A DNA stretch of 64,000 nt from Diadema antillarum (GCF_040938485.1 NW_027271081.1:4588001-4652000), one strand, 5' to 3'; positions 24,004 to 38,900 are shown, numbered from the stretch's first letter. Notes: a model not told the origin generated them from the sequence alone. A program made the numbers and translations.

Positions 24004-26497
24004 TTCAGTTTGTATCAGAAGGTCGTGGGGCAGTTTGACAATAAGCTGCTATGATAAAAACACAAAACAAAAACTTCAAGCAAGAATTCCTTCACTTTTT
24101 AGTATTTTGCTCTGGTACAACATAGTACCGATTTTGTGTTACTATGTAGTACTTTGTATATTAAAATATTTTGTGTCATACATGTCATGCACAGCCCGTG
24201 CCTCTATAGACGGGCTGTGTATGTCGACGTCGAGTTTCTTTATGTATTGTTAAATATGTGTATGCTTTTTCCCCTTTTTTGATCGGAAAGTTTTTCTCCT
24301 TTTTTGTGTAATATAGATGTGTAATAATTTGAGAGGATTGAATGAATACATTTATTGGTAGTGTATTTTGGTAATTTTGTACAAATAAATTGGTGACTAG
24401 AAGTAATGTTTTCTGGTGTTAGGTTTAATTTATTTTAATGTATTGTTAAAATAGCATTCTTCTATTTTGGTTTGAAACAGGTCTTCAAAATCTAAATGTA
24501 TCATGTTCGTTTATAAATGTTTGTAAATGTTTGTATTTTTGTTTCATTCTTTCTTATAGTGTATTATATTTTCCTTGTATTTACCTGCTTTTGGGCATAT
24601 ATATACAATGAAATGGATTAATGAAATTAAATGAAATGACCCTTTACCAAATTTCAATATATTGAAATATCGTAAGGTAAATGATAGTAACTCTCTTGTA
24701 AATTCGCTCTTTATGTTTCGCTTAAATGACAGTCAGTTGCTATCTTCTTTTGTCTTGTTATTTCACGTGAAAAATTGCATACACTGACAATTTTTACTTG
24801 CATAAAGCTATGATGGTGATGGTCCTGAAGTCCATACGACACAGTTATATGACTACATATTTGGAAATTTCTTCCTTGTGACCTTCGGAATATAAACAGA
24901 TAAAGCCCATGTGTTTGTTGTGTTTATTTTTGGGTAAGAAAGCTTTTAAAAACAAATTACTCTCTGCAGATCAATGATCCTCTAAAGAAATTTGATCTAA
25001 CAAAAACTATTCTCAATTTCATCAGCACATTGTATGCACTTCAAAATTCTGAGAATGTTAAAAATGAAAACAAAATCATATAAACAAATATAATGTTTGG
25101 TCATTTGCCATTTGAATTGACTCATTGATTGCAGTGATGTAATGTCAATGTATGTGTACTATACGTTAAATTCTTCCTTGAAAAAATTGATTCACTCAAT
25201 CTTTTGTGTAACCATGAAACCGACTGTTGCCGTTGCATTCAAAACTGTCAAATCAGCACTTTTGATAGTGAGACAAGTCATGCTTTGCTGTACAGTAATC
25301 CAGGTGATATATGCCTAACTTTGTGCAGACAAAGTCCAACAGGCAAACATTTGATGAAGCAGTACAATCTCTCAATTCCTTCTCCCCTTTCTCCGGTCAT
25401 ATCTTTACGCAAGTAACTCTTCTCTTTATTTTTCTCTTTATACGTTATTAATTTTAAGTGGCTACTAGCAAATCAAGCTACACTAACTCTATAGCCCTTC
25501 TGTGTTATCCATTGTTTCTCTCATACATTTTTGTAAATCCAACGTAAACAAAATAATTTCAACTCAACTCATGTATATGCTACCAACAATGTGTGTAGGA
25601 GCCTCCGTGCACAGTACTCATGCAGGAAGCAATAAAATCAAATAAAATCAAATCAATTGAATCTTCCCTCCAATCATTCGTTTCTATTTCAAATACAATC
25701 GCGATAACGCCTACAGAAGATGTCAACTATTTCTTTTTTATTTCAAGATATCATGTGGATTTCGCTGTTTACAAAGTGTATAACACCTAAAAAAGAGAAA
25801 ACTGTACATAATAATCAAAACCCAGTGTCATAAAACGTACAGAATTACGCTGAAAAAAAAAAACACCAGAACGACAACATCTGGGTGAGTGAAAATACTG
25901 CAGTAAAGGTTATCATCGTCGTCCGACATGCAGAGGGATTCCCCTTGTCTTATATGTTTTAAAAGTGGTTGAAATATTGCGACACGGCTCGGACAGACTT
26001 TTTGAAATATTTGCCGTATATAATGTTGTAGCTATCGATAGCTAATGGATCTTTGCAGTATGGTAAGAGGTGAGTTTGAAATGATCGTTTTGGGAATGTG
26101 GGATCTTATCCCTCCTCACCCATCTGCACCCATCCCCACGCTTATCCCCCGTACTTTTTGCCTCCAGTACGTGCTAAGTACCACTTGCTTACAAAATGAC
26201 ATTTCAAGTTCAAGCTTTTATTTCATATCCCCCCCCCAAAAAAAAAAATATATATATATATAGGCCTATATATATATATACATATACAATGAAACGTTAT
26301 ACTTTGAAGACACCAATGACAAGATATCGGTACAACAATGTAATAAAAAACAAACTAAAGTGAACTGAGATACAAATATATGTTGTAAGTTTTATGGTAA
26401 ATTCCGAAAGAGAGATATTGGAAATGGAGGGAGGGAACTGCTGAAAAGCACGGCTTGTATAGTATTCAATAATATCACGTATTCCCTATATATAACA

Positions 26498-27588
26498 CAG
26501 TGCGTATCAAAAAAAACAACAACACAAGATTTAATTTCAAATTTGTGAAGATTGTGTTAACTTTACACCAAAGTGAGTAGCAACATCTTAAAGCCACATA
26601 TTTCCTCTTTCCAATGATATCTTATTTATTCTTACACGGTCATGGATGGCTGAGTAATCATTCTTTTTGGACAATGGGTCAAATTGGACTTGGGACCAAG
26701 TTTCAGTTTCTGCATTTAACTATGACGTTGATTTTCATAGAGAAAAGCTGAATGTCTCGGCTGGACTTCATGGAAACGGTTTGCTCCGAGGGCCCTACTT
26801 TGAAAACTACATGAACGGAAATGGATACCTCCAAATTTTAAATGAACATGTGATTCCTGAATTAATGGAAAATTTTCCTGTGCAACAAATTAAAAGGGTG
26901 TGTTCAGACGCCTATGGTGGGCACAGGATGGCGCACCAGCCCATCGACCAGTTGCAGTAACAAACAGATTGGCTGAGGTATTTGTAAATTGGGTGATTGC
27001 CTTATTTCATGATGTGGGCTGGCCACCACAATCTCCGGATCTGACTTGTTGTGACTTTTTTTCTTTTCGGTTATCTCAAGAGCAAAGTGTTCATTACCCC
27101 TTCACCTGACATTGCAACTCTGAGACAAAGAATCACTGATGAGCTTGAAGGTCTACGCCACCAAGCCCCAATGATTCGCAGGGCTGTTCGTGAGATGGAG
27201 AGAAGAGCTAATCTCTGTGTGGAAAGGAATGGTGGCCATGTTGAGGGGCATGGCATGTAATGTTAAAAAGAGATATCCAAAAGAAGACAATGGTAACGTA
27301 AGTTGCGATTATAAATTTCATCATTCCATTAATTTGTTAAGTTAATTTCTAATAAGGTGCATCGATTCTTGTAGTGTGTAAACTTGGTCCCAAGTCCAAT
27401 TCGACCCATTGTCCAAAAAGAATGATTACTCAGCCATCCATGACCGTGTATGAATAAATAAGATATCATTTGAAAGATGAGATACTGTATGTGGTTTTAA
27501 GATGTTGCTACTCTCTTTGGTGTAAAGTTAACTCAATCTTCACAAATTCGAAATCACATCTTGTTGCGTTTTTTTCCGATACGCACTG
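26498..27588 (+). mobile_element. Internally deleted Tc1/mariner element, DD41D (rosa-type), with ~210-bp TIRs
   Basis: TIRs cagtgcgtatc...(to ~26705) and (from ~27381)...gatacgcactg|TA. Frameshifted transposase core over 26740-27260: QDGAPAH, 41 residues, WPPQSPDLTCCDFFLFGYLKSKVF...GGHVE. The N-terminal part is missing. Confidence 0.92.
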
Positions 27589-27598
27589 TATATATACG

Positions 27599-27655
<57 letters not shown>

Positions 27656-27670
27656 TGTATATACTGTATA
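27589..27670. repeat. (TA)n microsatellite adjoining the mariner element
   Basis: Direct inspection. Confidence 0.95.
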
Positions 27671-28223
27671 TATACAAATACATGCATGATAAAACAAAAT
27701 TTGCTAAAGACTTGTGTGAAGACTTGTGCACCAAATGATTTGCATATACACCTGTACATGAACGTGGTTGCTGCTGAAAGAACAGCTTCATGAAACCCCC
27801 TATACACACCTCTCATTTCTTGAGGTCTGGGATCCTGCACGGCGAAACTTTGGAGTAATCCTAAAACACACATTCACTCAAACTGTATATGAGTGCACAG
27901 GTGTCAGACACCGGTGGGTAAACAGGCACGAACTGTGGCAACAATGCATAAAGTACACATAAATCGATGGATTTCGCCTGTGTTGAATGATGAGAAAATG
28001 AACACATTGTGATGGTTTTCATAATAATCATCTTTATTTACAGCTGTCATTGATAATACTTTCTCATCGTGCTGACAAGATTCTGTTATAACATTTTATG
28101 TGGTGACACTTGGTGTGCAAACTAAACATGACAAAACAATGAAGTGCGTTTTTCATTAGAGCGGTAAAAAATAAACACAGATAAAAGCGCAATTCTTTTA
28201 TACACACAAAATGAGTTATACAG

Positions 28224-28340
28224 GGCCCTGTTTTATGAAAAGATTAAATCGACTTTAAATTTCCCTAACACACAGGCTGTCATATACTTATAATAAAAAT
28301 CAACTTTATAATCCATTTTAACTCTTCATAAAAGAGGGCC
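28224..28340. mobile_element. Short MITE, Harbinger-like (CWG flanks)
   Basis: cag|ggccctgttttatgaaaag...cttcataaaagagggcc|ctg. Confidence 0.7.
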
Positions 28341-31300
28341 CTGGTTGGTTCGAATACACAAACCACAAAGCAAAAGATAAATACAAAATGCGCGTTCAGA
28401 ATGAACGCAAGTCCATTTTTAACAGCAACTTCATGTTGCGCACAAAGCAAATTCAGCATTACCTGAAAATTACTCCATCATAACAACAACAACAACAAAT
28501 CAAAGATAAGGATTCGGAGCGCAATAAACGTTGACTTACAAGCACAGTGAACATTATCAATCATAGAGCATCATTTTGTAAAAATGGACAAAACATTAAG
28601 GCGTGGTGCGAGCCATAACATAACCGAATGCAACAGCTAATAATCATCATAAGTACAACATTGGTATGATCATTGATAGTGGGCATTATACGGTAGATGC
28701 AGACAGAGTCCGTTTGCCTCACTAGGCTACACTCTGTGTAGTCCCACTATAAAGAAGTGAACTTCTATATTTGAGGGTTAGTCCAAAAGTCGGGACCCCA
28801 CTGGGCTCAGAGGTGGCATTACATGCCGCATTTACTGCATCTATGAACAGGCTATAATTATGTTAATGGATTCCTACCCTAAAGGGAAGTTATCATACTC
28901 TACAGGTCTATAATGTTCTACACTCAACATCAATATTACAAATCTTTTGATCTTTTTCATATATACTACTTCAATAGTAATCACCTGTACTTAGGTTCTT
29001 TTAGAGACATTCTAAGTTATAATTGTATTCGATATGATTAACACATTAAATCAATAGAAAGGACAAATTCCAAGTATCAGTTTGGAAAAAAATGGTGCAG
29101 CTGTATAGTGTATAGGTCTAGAGGACATGGTATTGCTTGTCTTGTTTACTTATCACAACACAAAACAGCTGCAAAATACAAGTATCATCGGTGCGCTGAG
29201 ACGTTAACATTGGTAAACGATGAAAAATCTGAACAATACGACTGGGATAATTTCGCCATGTAATGGAATCCCTGCGCTCGACATGGACCTCCACTAACCA
29301 TTGCTAACGGTTTGATGGAGCTATTGAATCTCGACCACAAACTAAGGATTAACATTAGAAACCCTTGCAGACAGAGATTATTCAAAGAGTGTATCTTTCC
29401 GTCATATTTCAAGGTACATCAGCATTTAACTTTCCTATATAGCTCACATCATTGGGGGGGATCTTCATCTAAGTGTCTATGACCTCTAATCTTGAACTTT
29501 GACCTTTCATACATTTCATGCAATTCATTACTTATCAATTTCGATACCCTTCTGAAAAGATACTACGCTCCCTTTTTTCTGATTAAACTATAAATATGGT
29601 ACTATACCAAGTATCTGTACAATGTTTAAAAATTTGAAAATAGGCGCTAATAATTCATAATCTTATCATTTATCGTGTTCATATGCATTCATCATGTAAA
29701 CCCACTCAGAAATTCTGACAAGATAACTCAATTTTTCTCCATTCTATCCACATATAGACTATACTTGTGAACATCCCCAAAGAATCATAGTAAGAAGATT
29801 GTTCAAAAAATTGACTTTGAAATGGTTTTCCCCATAAAACCACCGAAACAAACCTATAAATAAACATAGGCACACGTTACACTGTATGCACTTTTGGTGC
29901 ATTTAAACAAAGATCGATGACAGCGTTCTCAGACAAACAAAAGAAAAATATTACATCAGATAATTGTTTACCTTAATGGGAAACAAAGAGTATTGCTAGG
30001 CAACAAACATTACATAAGCATGCTGATTACACCGGTCTGTTTACTTATTGCAGACTGTTGAACAGAGCCTTAAAACCACTAAAACCTAATTTAGTTTACC
30101 TTCTAAGCATGAATGAGAGTAGTGAAATACATGTACAAGTCTCACACTGGCAAGTTTGGGACCTGGATAAACCATATCCCTGTGACGCCCGATCCTCGGA
30201 GGGCATTAGCATTGGGTATTAACCCCAGAAGAGCAGGGGTGTCTTGAGGCCCCCCTTTCCGGAATTCCCCCGAGTTTCCTGGCTTTTCCTGTTAGCCTAA
30301 CTTGACTTTAAAAAAAAATAGTGGTGATGAGACATACGGTTTGCGTATACTGCTACACATGTCCATCAAACTGTATATGGGTGCTTTTAATTTACCCGTG
30401 TGTCGTTCTATGGCAAATAAATGCTAAGTTCCAAAAATCAACACCACTTTCATTCTTGACACTTTAACGGAGACTTTTGATGTGATAACACAGTGATACA
30501 AACAAGACTGAAACATTGGATGTTCATAATAACAGATTCATAAGAAAATCAAAGAAACACGTACAAGCATAGAACTGCATCAACCCTGAAAGCAACTAAA
30601 AAATGCGACGAGCAAACGCAATATAAAGAAAAATCTTAATTCTAAATGACTGCCATTTGCACAATGGAAACCAATTCATCCAAAATTACACAAAATAATG
30701 TCCTAATATGAAGGCATTAAAAAATCGAAAAAAAAATCGAACTCATTACCACACCCTCCCCGCCATGGCCATAAGAGCCACCAAAATAGGTCAGTCAATT
30801 TAAGGTTAGACTGCCCTTTAATTCATCTCTTTGCCCTACCTAGTCACATGACACAGCTTGCTTTGCGGATGTATCTAGATTGAAAAAGAAAACTGAAATG
30901 AAAATTTGAATGTCTCGACATTCTTGCCGATTCTTTCCAATGAATGATATAGCCACATTACAAAACGTTTTTATAGGTTAGGGAAAAGCCTCCACTTAGG
31001 CCCTTGCAAGACTTTAAGTCATCACGAATGACTTTACAGGCCATCAGGAACGCGCTCAAATTCGGGATTATAGCGTACAGTATTATTCTATTCCTCTGCA
31101 TACGGCACTTAGATTTCCTGTTTATTCATCTTTACTCCTTCATGACTTCTTCTTCGTCGTCTTCTTCTGCTTCTTCATCCTTCATCTTCATCTTCTTCTC
31201 TTTTTTTTTTGAGAACATACCCTCGGCACAGCACAGCAAGACTCATCCATCATGTCCATCCTCATGTCTTGGAGACTGTGTGCTGCGAAATTGAGGAGCA

Positions 31301-32585
31301 CCACTAAAAAGAGCTTGGCACTTTAATCGGTTCACACCCATACCCGTTTCCTGCGATCATACAAACTGTCGTAAACCGAACGCCCTGCACAACTATGATA
31401 AGAAACGTCTTGAAGTAGCCACGACGAGACATATTATGTACAACGTATCAAATTTAAAGTGATTTGATATCAATGCACGGACAGACACACACTACTAATT
31501 TCGCATACGCAATGCAATTGATTAAACAAAACACACGAATTGGAATGACACTTGTCCCGACACCTGTTTCGAAGCTTTTCCGATCTGAAACAGATTCACA
31601 TTTACTTCGACTCCAACGAGGATGACGTCACTCTTGGATCGGCTCCTCGGAAAAATGGACACCAAAAAAAGCAGTATGAGGCCACAGGAAAAAAACAGTG
31701 CCTTACCTCATGGCATACGACGAAGTGCAGAGAAAAGCAAAGCAAGTCATATTCACCAGAAGAAATGCAGCTCGTCATGCGTGCTGCCAAACTCACTTTC
31801 TTATTGGTTAATATGATCCCACGTACTGTATGCCTGACGCATGACGTGTGAAAAGACTATGATGTCCGTGCATGAAAGCACGCTTGCTTTGGCGGTAAAT
31901 CTGGTAGTCTGAGGTTCGTTTTATCACGTCGAGGTAAGGTTGTGCATAGTTCATACCAGGGAATATAATTAGTACTATTGTGATGTTACTCTGGCATAAA
32001 TAGCAGTAAGCAGTCTTTGCAAATCTACATCGGCGTTCTGACATTTCATAAATTTTGTTCATACCTTTTACTGTGCGAGCAAGAGATGTTACAAGTTACA
32101 AAAATAGCAATCGATAGCTTTAGGCACCATTGACGTGTAATAAATAGGAATTCTCTTTATTTACTCCACACATTCTTCCAGTCACATTAAACCACTATTT
32201 AGAATTTACCACCACGCACAGAGTAACATACTTCCTCAACATCTTCTCAATATTCTAGCACGCGCACACAAACAAAATAGGCACGGTCATACAAACAAAA
32301 AACCCAGGGACGCAAAACGAGATATGTGAATAGTATCTCTGCTCCATTTCCCCATGCATGGTATAGTCCCACAGACACACTCATTCAGACATCACTCAAC
32401 CTAAATAGTGTTAAAAAATTATAAATTAATGAATAAAAACGACTGCAGTAGGCTGGCTTTGATAACATTGCACTTTTTCAACTGAAGAAAAAAAAAGGTC
32501 GGTTCCACGCAGGATTTGGTCAGGAGCATCGCAGTGAGACAAGCCGCGTGTAGGCCTACTTGCAAAACTCGTTATAGAGATACTC

Positions 32586-32962
32586 CTACACGACGGTGAC
32601 CTTGTCGATGACTGCATACTTTGGTGGCTCTTTAGGTGGAAAGGCCCACACCTCTGAGTATTCTGGAGGCGGCGGCGACGGCGGCGGGGACGGCGGAGGC
32701 TCGGGGCCCTGTCCTAGCGGATGCCCGGACGAGCTTTCCGCCTCCTCGCGTTTTGCCTCGCGCGCGGAGTCGGCGTCGAGGCAGCCTTCCTCTTCCGCGA
32801 CGGCGGCGGAGGACTGTTCTAGCGTCTGGGCGGCGAACTGCATCTTGTTGCGGTAGTTCTTCATAAAATACACGGCCAGGTATTTGGCACACGCCACCAG
32901 CCACAGCACGGAGAAGCAGTAGTTGGCATACTTGTACGTCCCCGTCAAGTCAAAACTGAGAC
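32586..32962 (-). CDS. SLC16-like terminal coding exon 6
   Basis: ttcatag|GTCTC; reads GLSFDLTGTY, then a Pro-rich tail ending VTVV*. Confidence 0.9.
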
Positions 32963-35900
32963 CTATGAACGGCAGAGTAACAAGATACACAACATCAGTC
33001 ACACCAATACAATACCGAGTGAAAACGTATAATACCTGTGTAACAATAATTATGGTGTGATTTTTGCCTTTTTGGTTTCAAGCAGGGCTTTATCTTGCCT
33101 TACAGCGTCTCATGTCCATCTGTTTCTGTTTAATCGCTCAAAAAATATACATTTGAAAAGCAACGTTCATTTACCTGCCGTGACGACATTAAAAATCTAC
33201 TTCTCCTCCTAACCCACGCAGTGAAAGCCAAACGAAAACAGTTTCACAGACATCTGGAACGCGGATGATGAGTTTGACGTATAAACTCCCATTTTCAATG
33301 ATTTTCCAAATTTTAGAGTGAAATGAGACATGTCCGTTATATGGACGTTAACGCGAAACTCACTGTGCCATAGTTAGTCGCAATCTTTTCCATGGAAAAC
33401 CAAATCTCTGAGATAATTACAATGAATTAGTCATCTATAGGTGTGATAAATCTGACGGCATGTGGGTTGATTTTTCTGAGCATAAAATGGTCCTCTCAAA
33501 GGCGAACAAGATGACAAGTGCAGAAAAGTCAAATCGAATGCACTGAGACTAGAGAACAAGATACAATGCTCGACTCACACGATGCAATTAAGAACCTCTT
33601 TCCAGACTTTGACCTAAGAATTTACTTCGATTTCCGCAAAATCAATCCACGTGGTTTTGACTGACGGAAGGTTGACGACTCTCACCTGGTATGATTGGGG
33701 CCAGCAGGCAGCCGAGGCCTGTCATAAGGAGGATGAAGGCAAAAGACTCCTGGTGGACGGCGTGTCCGAATGTCTCAACGGACGCGGCGTAGATGATCGA
33801 GTACAGGATAGCTCTGGCTATTCCAACAACTGCAACGAAAAATTAAACAATATGATGTGATTATAGGTGTACTACAGTCAAACCTGTCTATAGCGACCGC
33901 CGTCTACAGCGACCACCTGCCACATGCGACCACTAAACACAATTCCCAAAAGAGAAAAGCCATGTTAACGACATTGCCTAAAGCGGCCACCTGTCTATAA
34001 CGGCCACTTTTTCCGTCTCACTTGGGGTGACCGCTATAGACAAGTTCGACTGAACATGTAGTTGTAGACATGTACTAGTACTGTGCGTCCTTGAAGAGAT
34101 TCTACCTACAAGAAGGCCGATCAAGTTTGACTCAGCGCTGCTGAGAGGAACACCGAAGATTAAGGGCTATATGGTATCTGAAAGATTACTTAAAAATTTT
34201 GGGTTCGACTTTGCAAACAGAATGTAACATCAGGTATGGTGTCAAGAGGAATTTTGCTCTTTAGTTGGACTCTAACACGGATTTGTTGCATTCTTCTGTG
34301 TATTACCAGATATTCGTAGACGAAATCTTGGAAAACTGAAATGAGGACGACCAACAGGATTTTTTTTTTCTTCTACGTAATATAAGATATAGCGTGATAA
34401 TATCAAGAACTTCATTGGAAAGATACGATATTGAGAATTCTTGATCAGACAGAGATTTGGGATTTCAGGTCGGATCATTTCGCCAAAAAAAAAGACAATG
34501 AAAAGGCCTTGCTTGTCGACAAGGAATACTCTGAAATTTTCACACTTCTGATGCTTGGACACTCTTGACGAAATGCGAATGAAATGTCTGGCTAGTTTCA
34601 TACATATGTTTGTTTATGCACTGTAGTGCATGCAATGTTTATTCAAAAGAACTTTACAAGAGCAGTTAAGACAATGGCATATTTACTACTTGGGTAAACA
34701 ACTTTTGGGTGAAAAGAAAATAGACTCTGCTCTGAATGCAGACGGAGTGGAGGCATGATATTTCACTTTCAACGCACCAGTAACATATGTAATCATGGCT
34801 GCGGCCTGTGTCGTAACTGTAAGCATGAAAGTGACCCCCGCGTTGGCCAGACACACAGCCGGGATGATGAGAATGCGGGAGCAGGGCAGCCGGTCACCGA
34901 CAAACGCCACGACCAAACGCGCCCCCGTGTCGACGAAGCCCAAAATGGACATGTACAACGCCGACCGCTCGTTGCTGTACCCCGCCAGCGTCATGATTTC
35001 CACCTATGGCACACAAGGAGGCAAAAAGAAACAAAATGGATGCCGTCAGATACCCACATCACTGGCACACATGCCGTAGCGCCTGTTAGAGCGATACGCT
35101 ACATGTCACGAGAGTGTTAACTTAAAGGAAGTGACTATACATAAAGGCAGAATTTACTGAAAAATGATTTTAAATTTGTGTTAAAATAATTCTAAAAAAT
35201 ATACCAATCTCAAGGGGTCACCATTAATGCCATTTAATTGTGATTTTTTTTTCTGGCATGATAAAGAATGAATACATAAATTGAAAAAAAATGAAGATTG
35301 AAAATATGAATTGAATCCGAGCAATTTTTCCTGCCTTTAGGAGTTGAGATATTACTTACCTTCATATTATTTCATAATTTCTTATCAACTATAAAACCGA
35401 AAGACCATCAGATCTGATGATCAAATTTGTTTTGTCTCTCTCTTTAAAAAAAAAAGGGAATTAAAGAGACTATTTCTTTATGTTGGTCAAAACTCCTGTA
35501 CTGGGTTAATTTTTTGGCTTTTTAATAAGACAGCAATCTGAAAAAGTGCAATCCAAGTTAGGAGAAGACATGTCTTCTTTACAAAGACCACACAACAGAA
35601 ATGGGTTGCATATTAAATTGCAAATTCATACACATCATGCGAGCCATGCTTTACCATGAGGTACAGGTCTCAGATTTACACATCGGTATATATATGCTAA
35701 TATGCGATGAAGAGGTGTAGATATCTATTCTTTTGAGCAGAAAATAACATCATACATGAGCTTTACAGTGGGAGTATATTGGTGTTTGATTTTATTTGAA
35801 GCATCCATGGCACAAACGCAATGTTACAAATATATTCTGGGAAAGCATGATACATGGATTCTTAACAAAATGCTTCTCGGTATACATTGGATTTGACGAT

Positions 35901-38900
35901 AGACACTACTACACGTGACTTGTGTGTATTCTTCGTTTCTGCTGCTACTGAACAAAAGTCGACGGAATATCAAAATGAAAATCAAGAGGTCACATAACAA
36001 CACGCATCGGTCATCTCACTTCATTCCAGTTGTTTAAAGTTGTAATAATATCCCAAAATTTCCTGGAACAGCTTCGGGGGGAAAAGAAATTGCCGTGCAG
36101 ACGTGGCGAGCTGATTACAAGACATTTACAAGTCTGCATATCAATGAAACTATTTTAAACACTTTGTTTGATGTTTAAAACATCTTTCATTTCCTGCATC
36201 TATTAATTTGATGAAATTTTGCCACTCGCCATGAAAATGGTTTAAAAATCATGTTGGATTTTTGTTATTCGATGATAAGTTTTCCCACAAAGATGAGGAA
36301 TATTTAATAAAAAAAGATGAAAACAGAAGGCAACAAGTAACAGGAAAAACTGAACACGAGAAATAATATCTTTTCCTCATCTCATTTTGTCATATATTCG
36401 CCATAAACCTAGGGAAGAATTTAAAAATGGTTCAGTGAATTAAAAAAAAAAGAATTTTCCAGACGGGATGCCATTGATGGCATGTATCCTGAGCAAAACA
36501 TTATGAAAACGAAATGGAAAAAAAAAATGACGATCATTAAAAAAAAAAAATACGATTGATGATCTATCGATGTTCGTCGAGATCGAAAGATGGAGGTCTC
36601 AAAGTGACGTCAAAGTTGAGGCGATATCGCTGACTGTCGCTTTGAAAGAGCCATGGAGTCGTCGAATGTATCAGAGAAAAAAAAAGTAAAAAAAGACCCT
36701 CTTTAACTTGAAATCCCCAGGATATCTAGATAACTGACTGCGGTCATTTGGAGCAACCTCTGCTAATGTGGAATGGTTGTCAAATTGTGGGCTTTTTTTA
36801 GTACGTATTTTGGAACAATTTGGAAATTTGCAGTGAGTGAAATAGAAAGTAAAACGATACGAATGAAATGTCTGCAACCAACCATAGCGTAGAACCGACA
36901 TTGCCACTCGCACGGTAAGAAACATGAAGAAATGGAGACGCTAAATTCATTCATCTGCACAGCGTCACTGCCTGATTATGAACGGCAAATAAGTGCCAAT
37001 CTTTGCAAGCTCGACTATTTTCTTGCCATTCTGAGCAAGCCAGAAAACACTAATGATTAAAATGAGAACGTACACTTTTAGCTCTCACTGCAGAAACATT
37101 CTCATGGTCTCCAGCTTGAAGAAAATTGACCAAATGTTTTCAAGCAAGAAAACTTCATACTTCTTTTCTCTTCATTATCATAGATTTCTTTCTACTTCGT
37201 ACGGCTTTGAACTGGCCTGTTCATCTAATTACTGCATAAATTATACACAATTGAAGCAGAAAGAGTTTGTATTATATGCATATTACACACTTTTGGCAGG
37301 CTTCTTCTTGTTTCTTGTACATTGCGATTGGCAAATTACTGGTTCGTACGAGCAAATACAGCACACATGGCTGTTTCAAATGAGGGTTAATCCAGTCTGC
37401 TTTGTTCCTCACATACTATGTTTCTTGAAAAATGTTTTTTTTTTTCACTTCACATGCCTGTACTTCAATCATGAATCTAAAGCAAAGTTGGCCAATGGGA
37501 CGAACGCGTCCTTGGCACGTCACGCATTAGTGGTGATAGTAATTTGGTAGTGAGATCTCTTTATAAGATTATGATCAAAATCAGGTAGCTTTATGCAGCT
37601 AGCATTCGTTTCACAAACATCTCAAAATGTCTATTAAACAGCAGTTCATCTAAAAACAACTTTCCTTCACCAATTACCTGCGAGATAATGGCGTAACGCA
37701 TTTTTTAGGCTATGAAACGATTTTGTTGTTTTGTTTATCACTTCTGAAATATATCCAAATTGCACTCTATAAATCATGATTTTAATTTATGTAAAGCAGA
37801 CCATATCTTCGTTTTCGTAACACGAAGAAAATAATTCTTGTTAGGTTTTTCTTTGTCATAACTGTGATGGAGGAACAAACCAGACTGTTTTACTGGCGCC
37901 TTATACTCACCAAAATGGCGCCAAACAGAGGAAAGTGGGCAAAAATTACATGGTACAGGCAGCATCAGTATCCTCCTTGGGTTGTGACACAATTTACTTT
38001 TGAATTTGGCAAACTTTGAGAAGTTCTTTTAATCGTAGCCTAGAGAAACTAGAAGACTTACAAGGCATCTCCATCTTCATGTCAAACATGTGAAGAGCCG
38101 TTTTCTTCTGTTTTTTTTTCCAGGTGCGAGCGAATTTGCAAGAATGATTGGTTCAGAATGCTGGAAGAGCATTACTCAGCTCAAACAATCAGATATAATT
38201 CCTTCGTGAAGTGCTTTGAGAAAATAGTGTATGCCAAAGTGGTTACTTGCACACTTCTTTTTCAAAAGTGTGGTTTACTGCGCAAAAAGGAAAATGAAAA
38301 ATCATCCATGTGAAGACGCTTGACAAGAACTTGCAAGAAATCATAATTAAAATGTAAGTTTTTGGGGGGGTTTTTTGCCAAAATGATTAAAACAATTGCC
38401 AATGTCTAAGGAGTAGTGCTTATACTGAATCTCAGTACCTCCGGCATCATTTCAGATGGATCGGTTTTAGGTGTGTGTCAAAATCATTGCTCTGTGTGAT
38501 CTAAGAGGAGAAATTTGTCTTTTTTTCAGTAAGCAGTAATCTTTACATGAGTTCTGTTGACTTCAAATGGATGATACGGAAGACAATCGCTTCCAAGAGA
38601 ACAAACCTCTTCCAATTATTGAGGTCTACACGTGGGATGTCATGCATTCACATCTAGACGTCATTAAGATTGGAAGAAGTTTGTTTGCTTGAGATCTTTG
38701 TTTCTGCTTTCTTGTGCTCATTGGTGCTTTCACTAACAAAAATGAGCTTGAGATTATATCGATTTCGTTAGGTTCTGATGCTGCCTGTACGGGAAAAACA
38801 AACTTACGGCTGGAACACTCCCCGGAACAACAAGATTCGCTGTCCGGTAAACCCTGCTGATTTAATTTCTCCCAGTCGACCACATTCCCTTTCTCTCTCC

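Noticed and set aside
25935-25944. Additional kB-like sites (GGGATTCCCC here, GGGATCCCCC at 10908)
   Set aside because: No associated gene was identified, and the count matches the ~3 chance hits expected per window.
27760-27873. QEMRGVYRGFHEAVLSAATTFMY as a mitochondrial-carrier exon
   Set aside because: Resemblance is short, there is no Px(D/E)xx(K/R) motif, and no partner exons were found.
32596-32904. Overlapping GC-rich ORFs antisense or frameshifted to SLC16 exons (also near 34755-35120, 40637-40849 and 42125-42595)
   Set aside because: Shadow ORFs of GC-rich coding exons.
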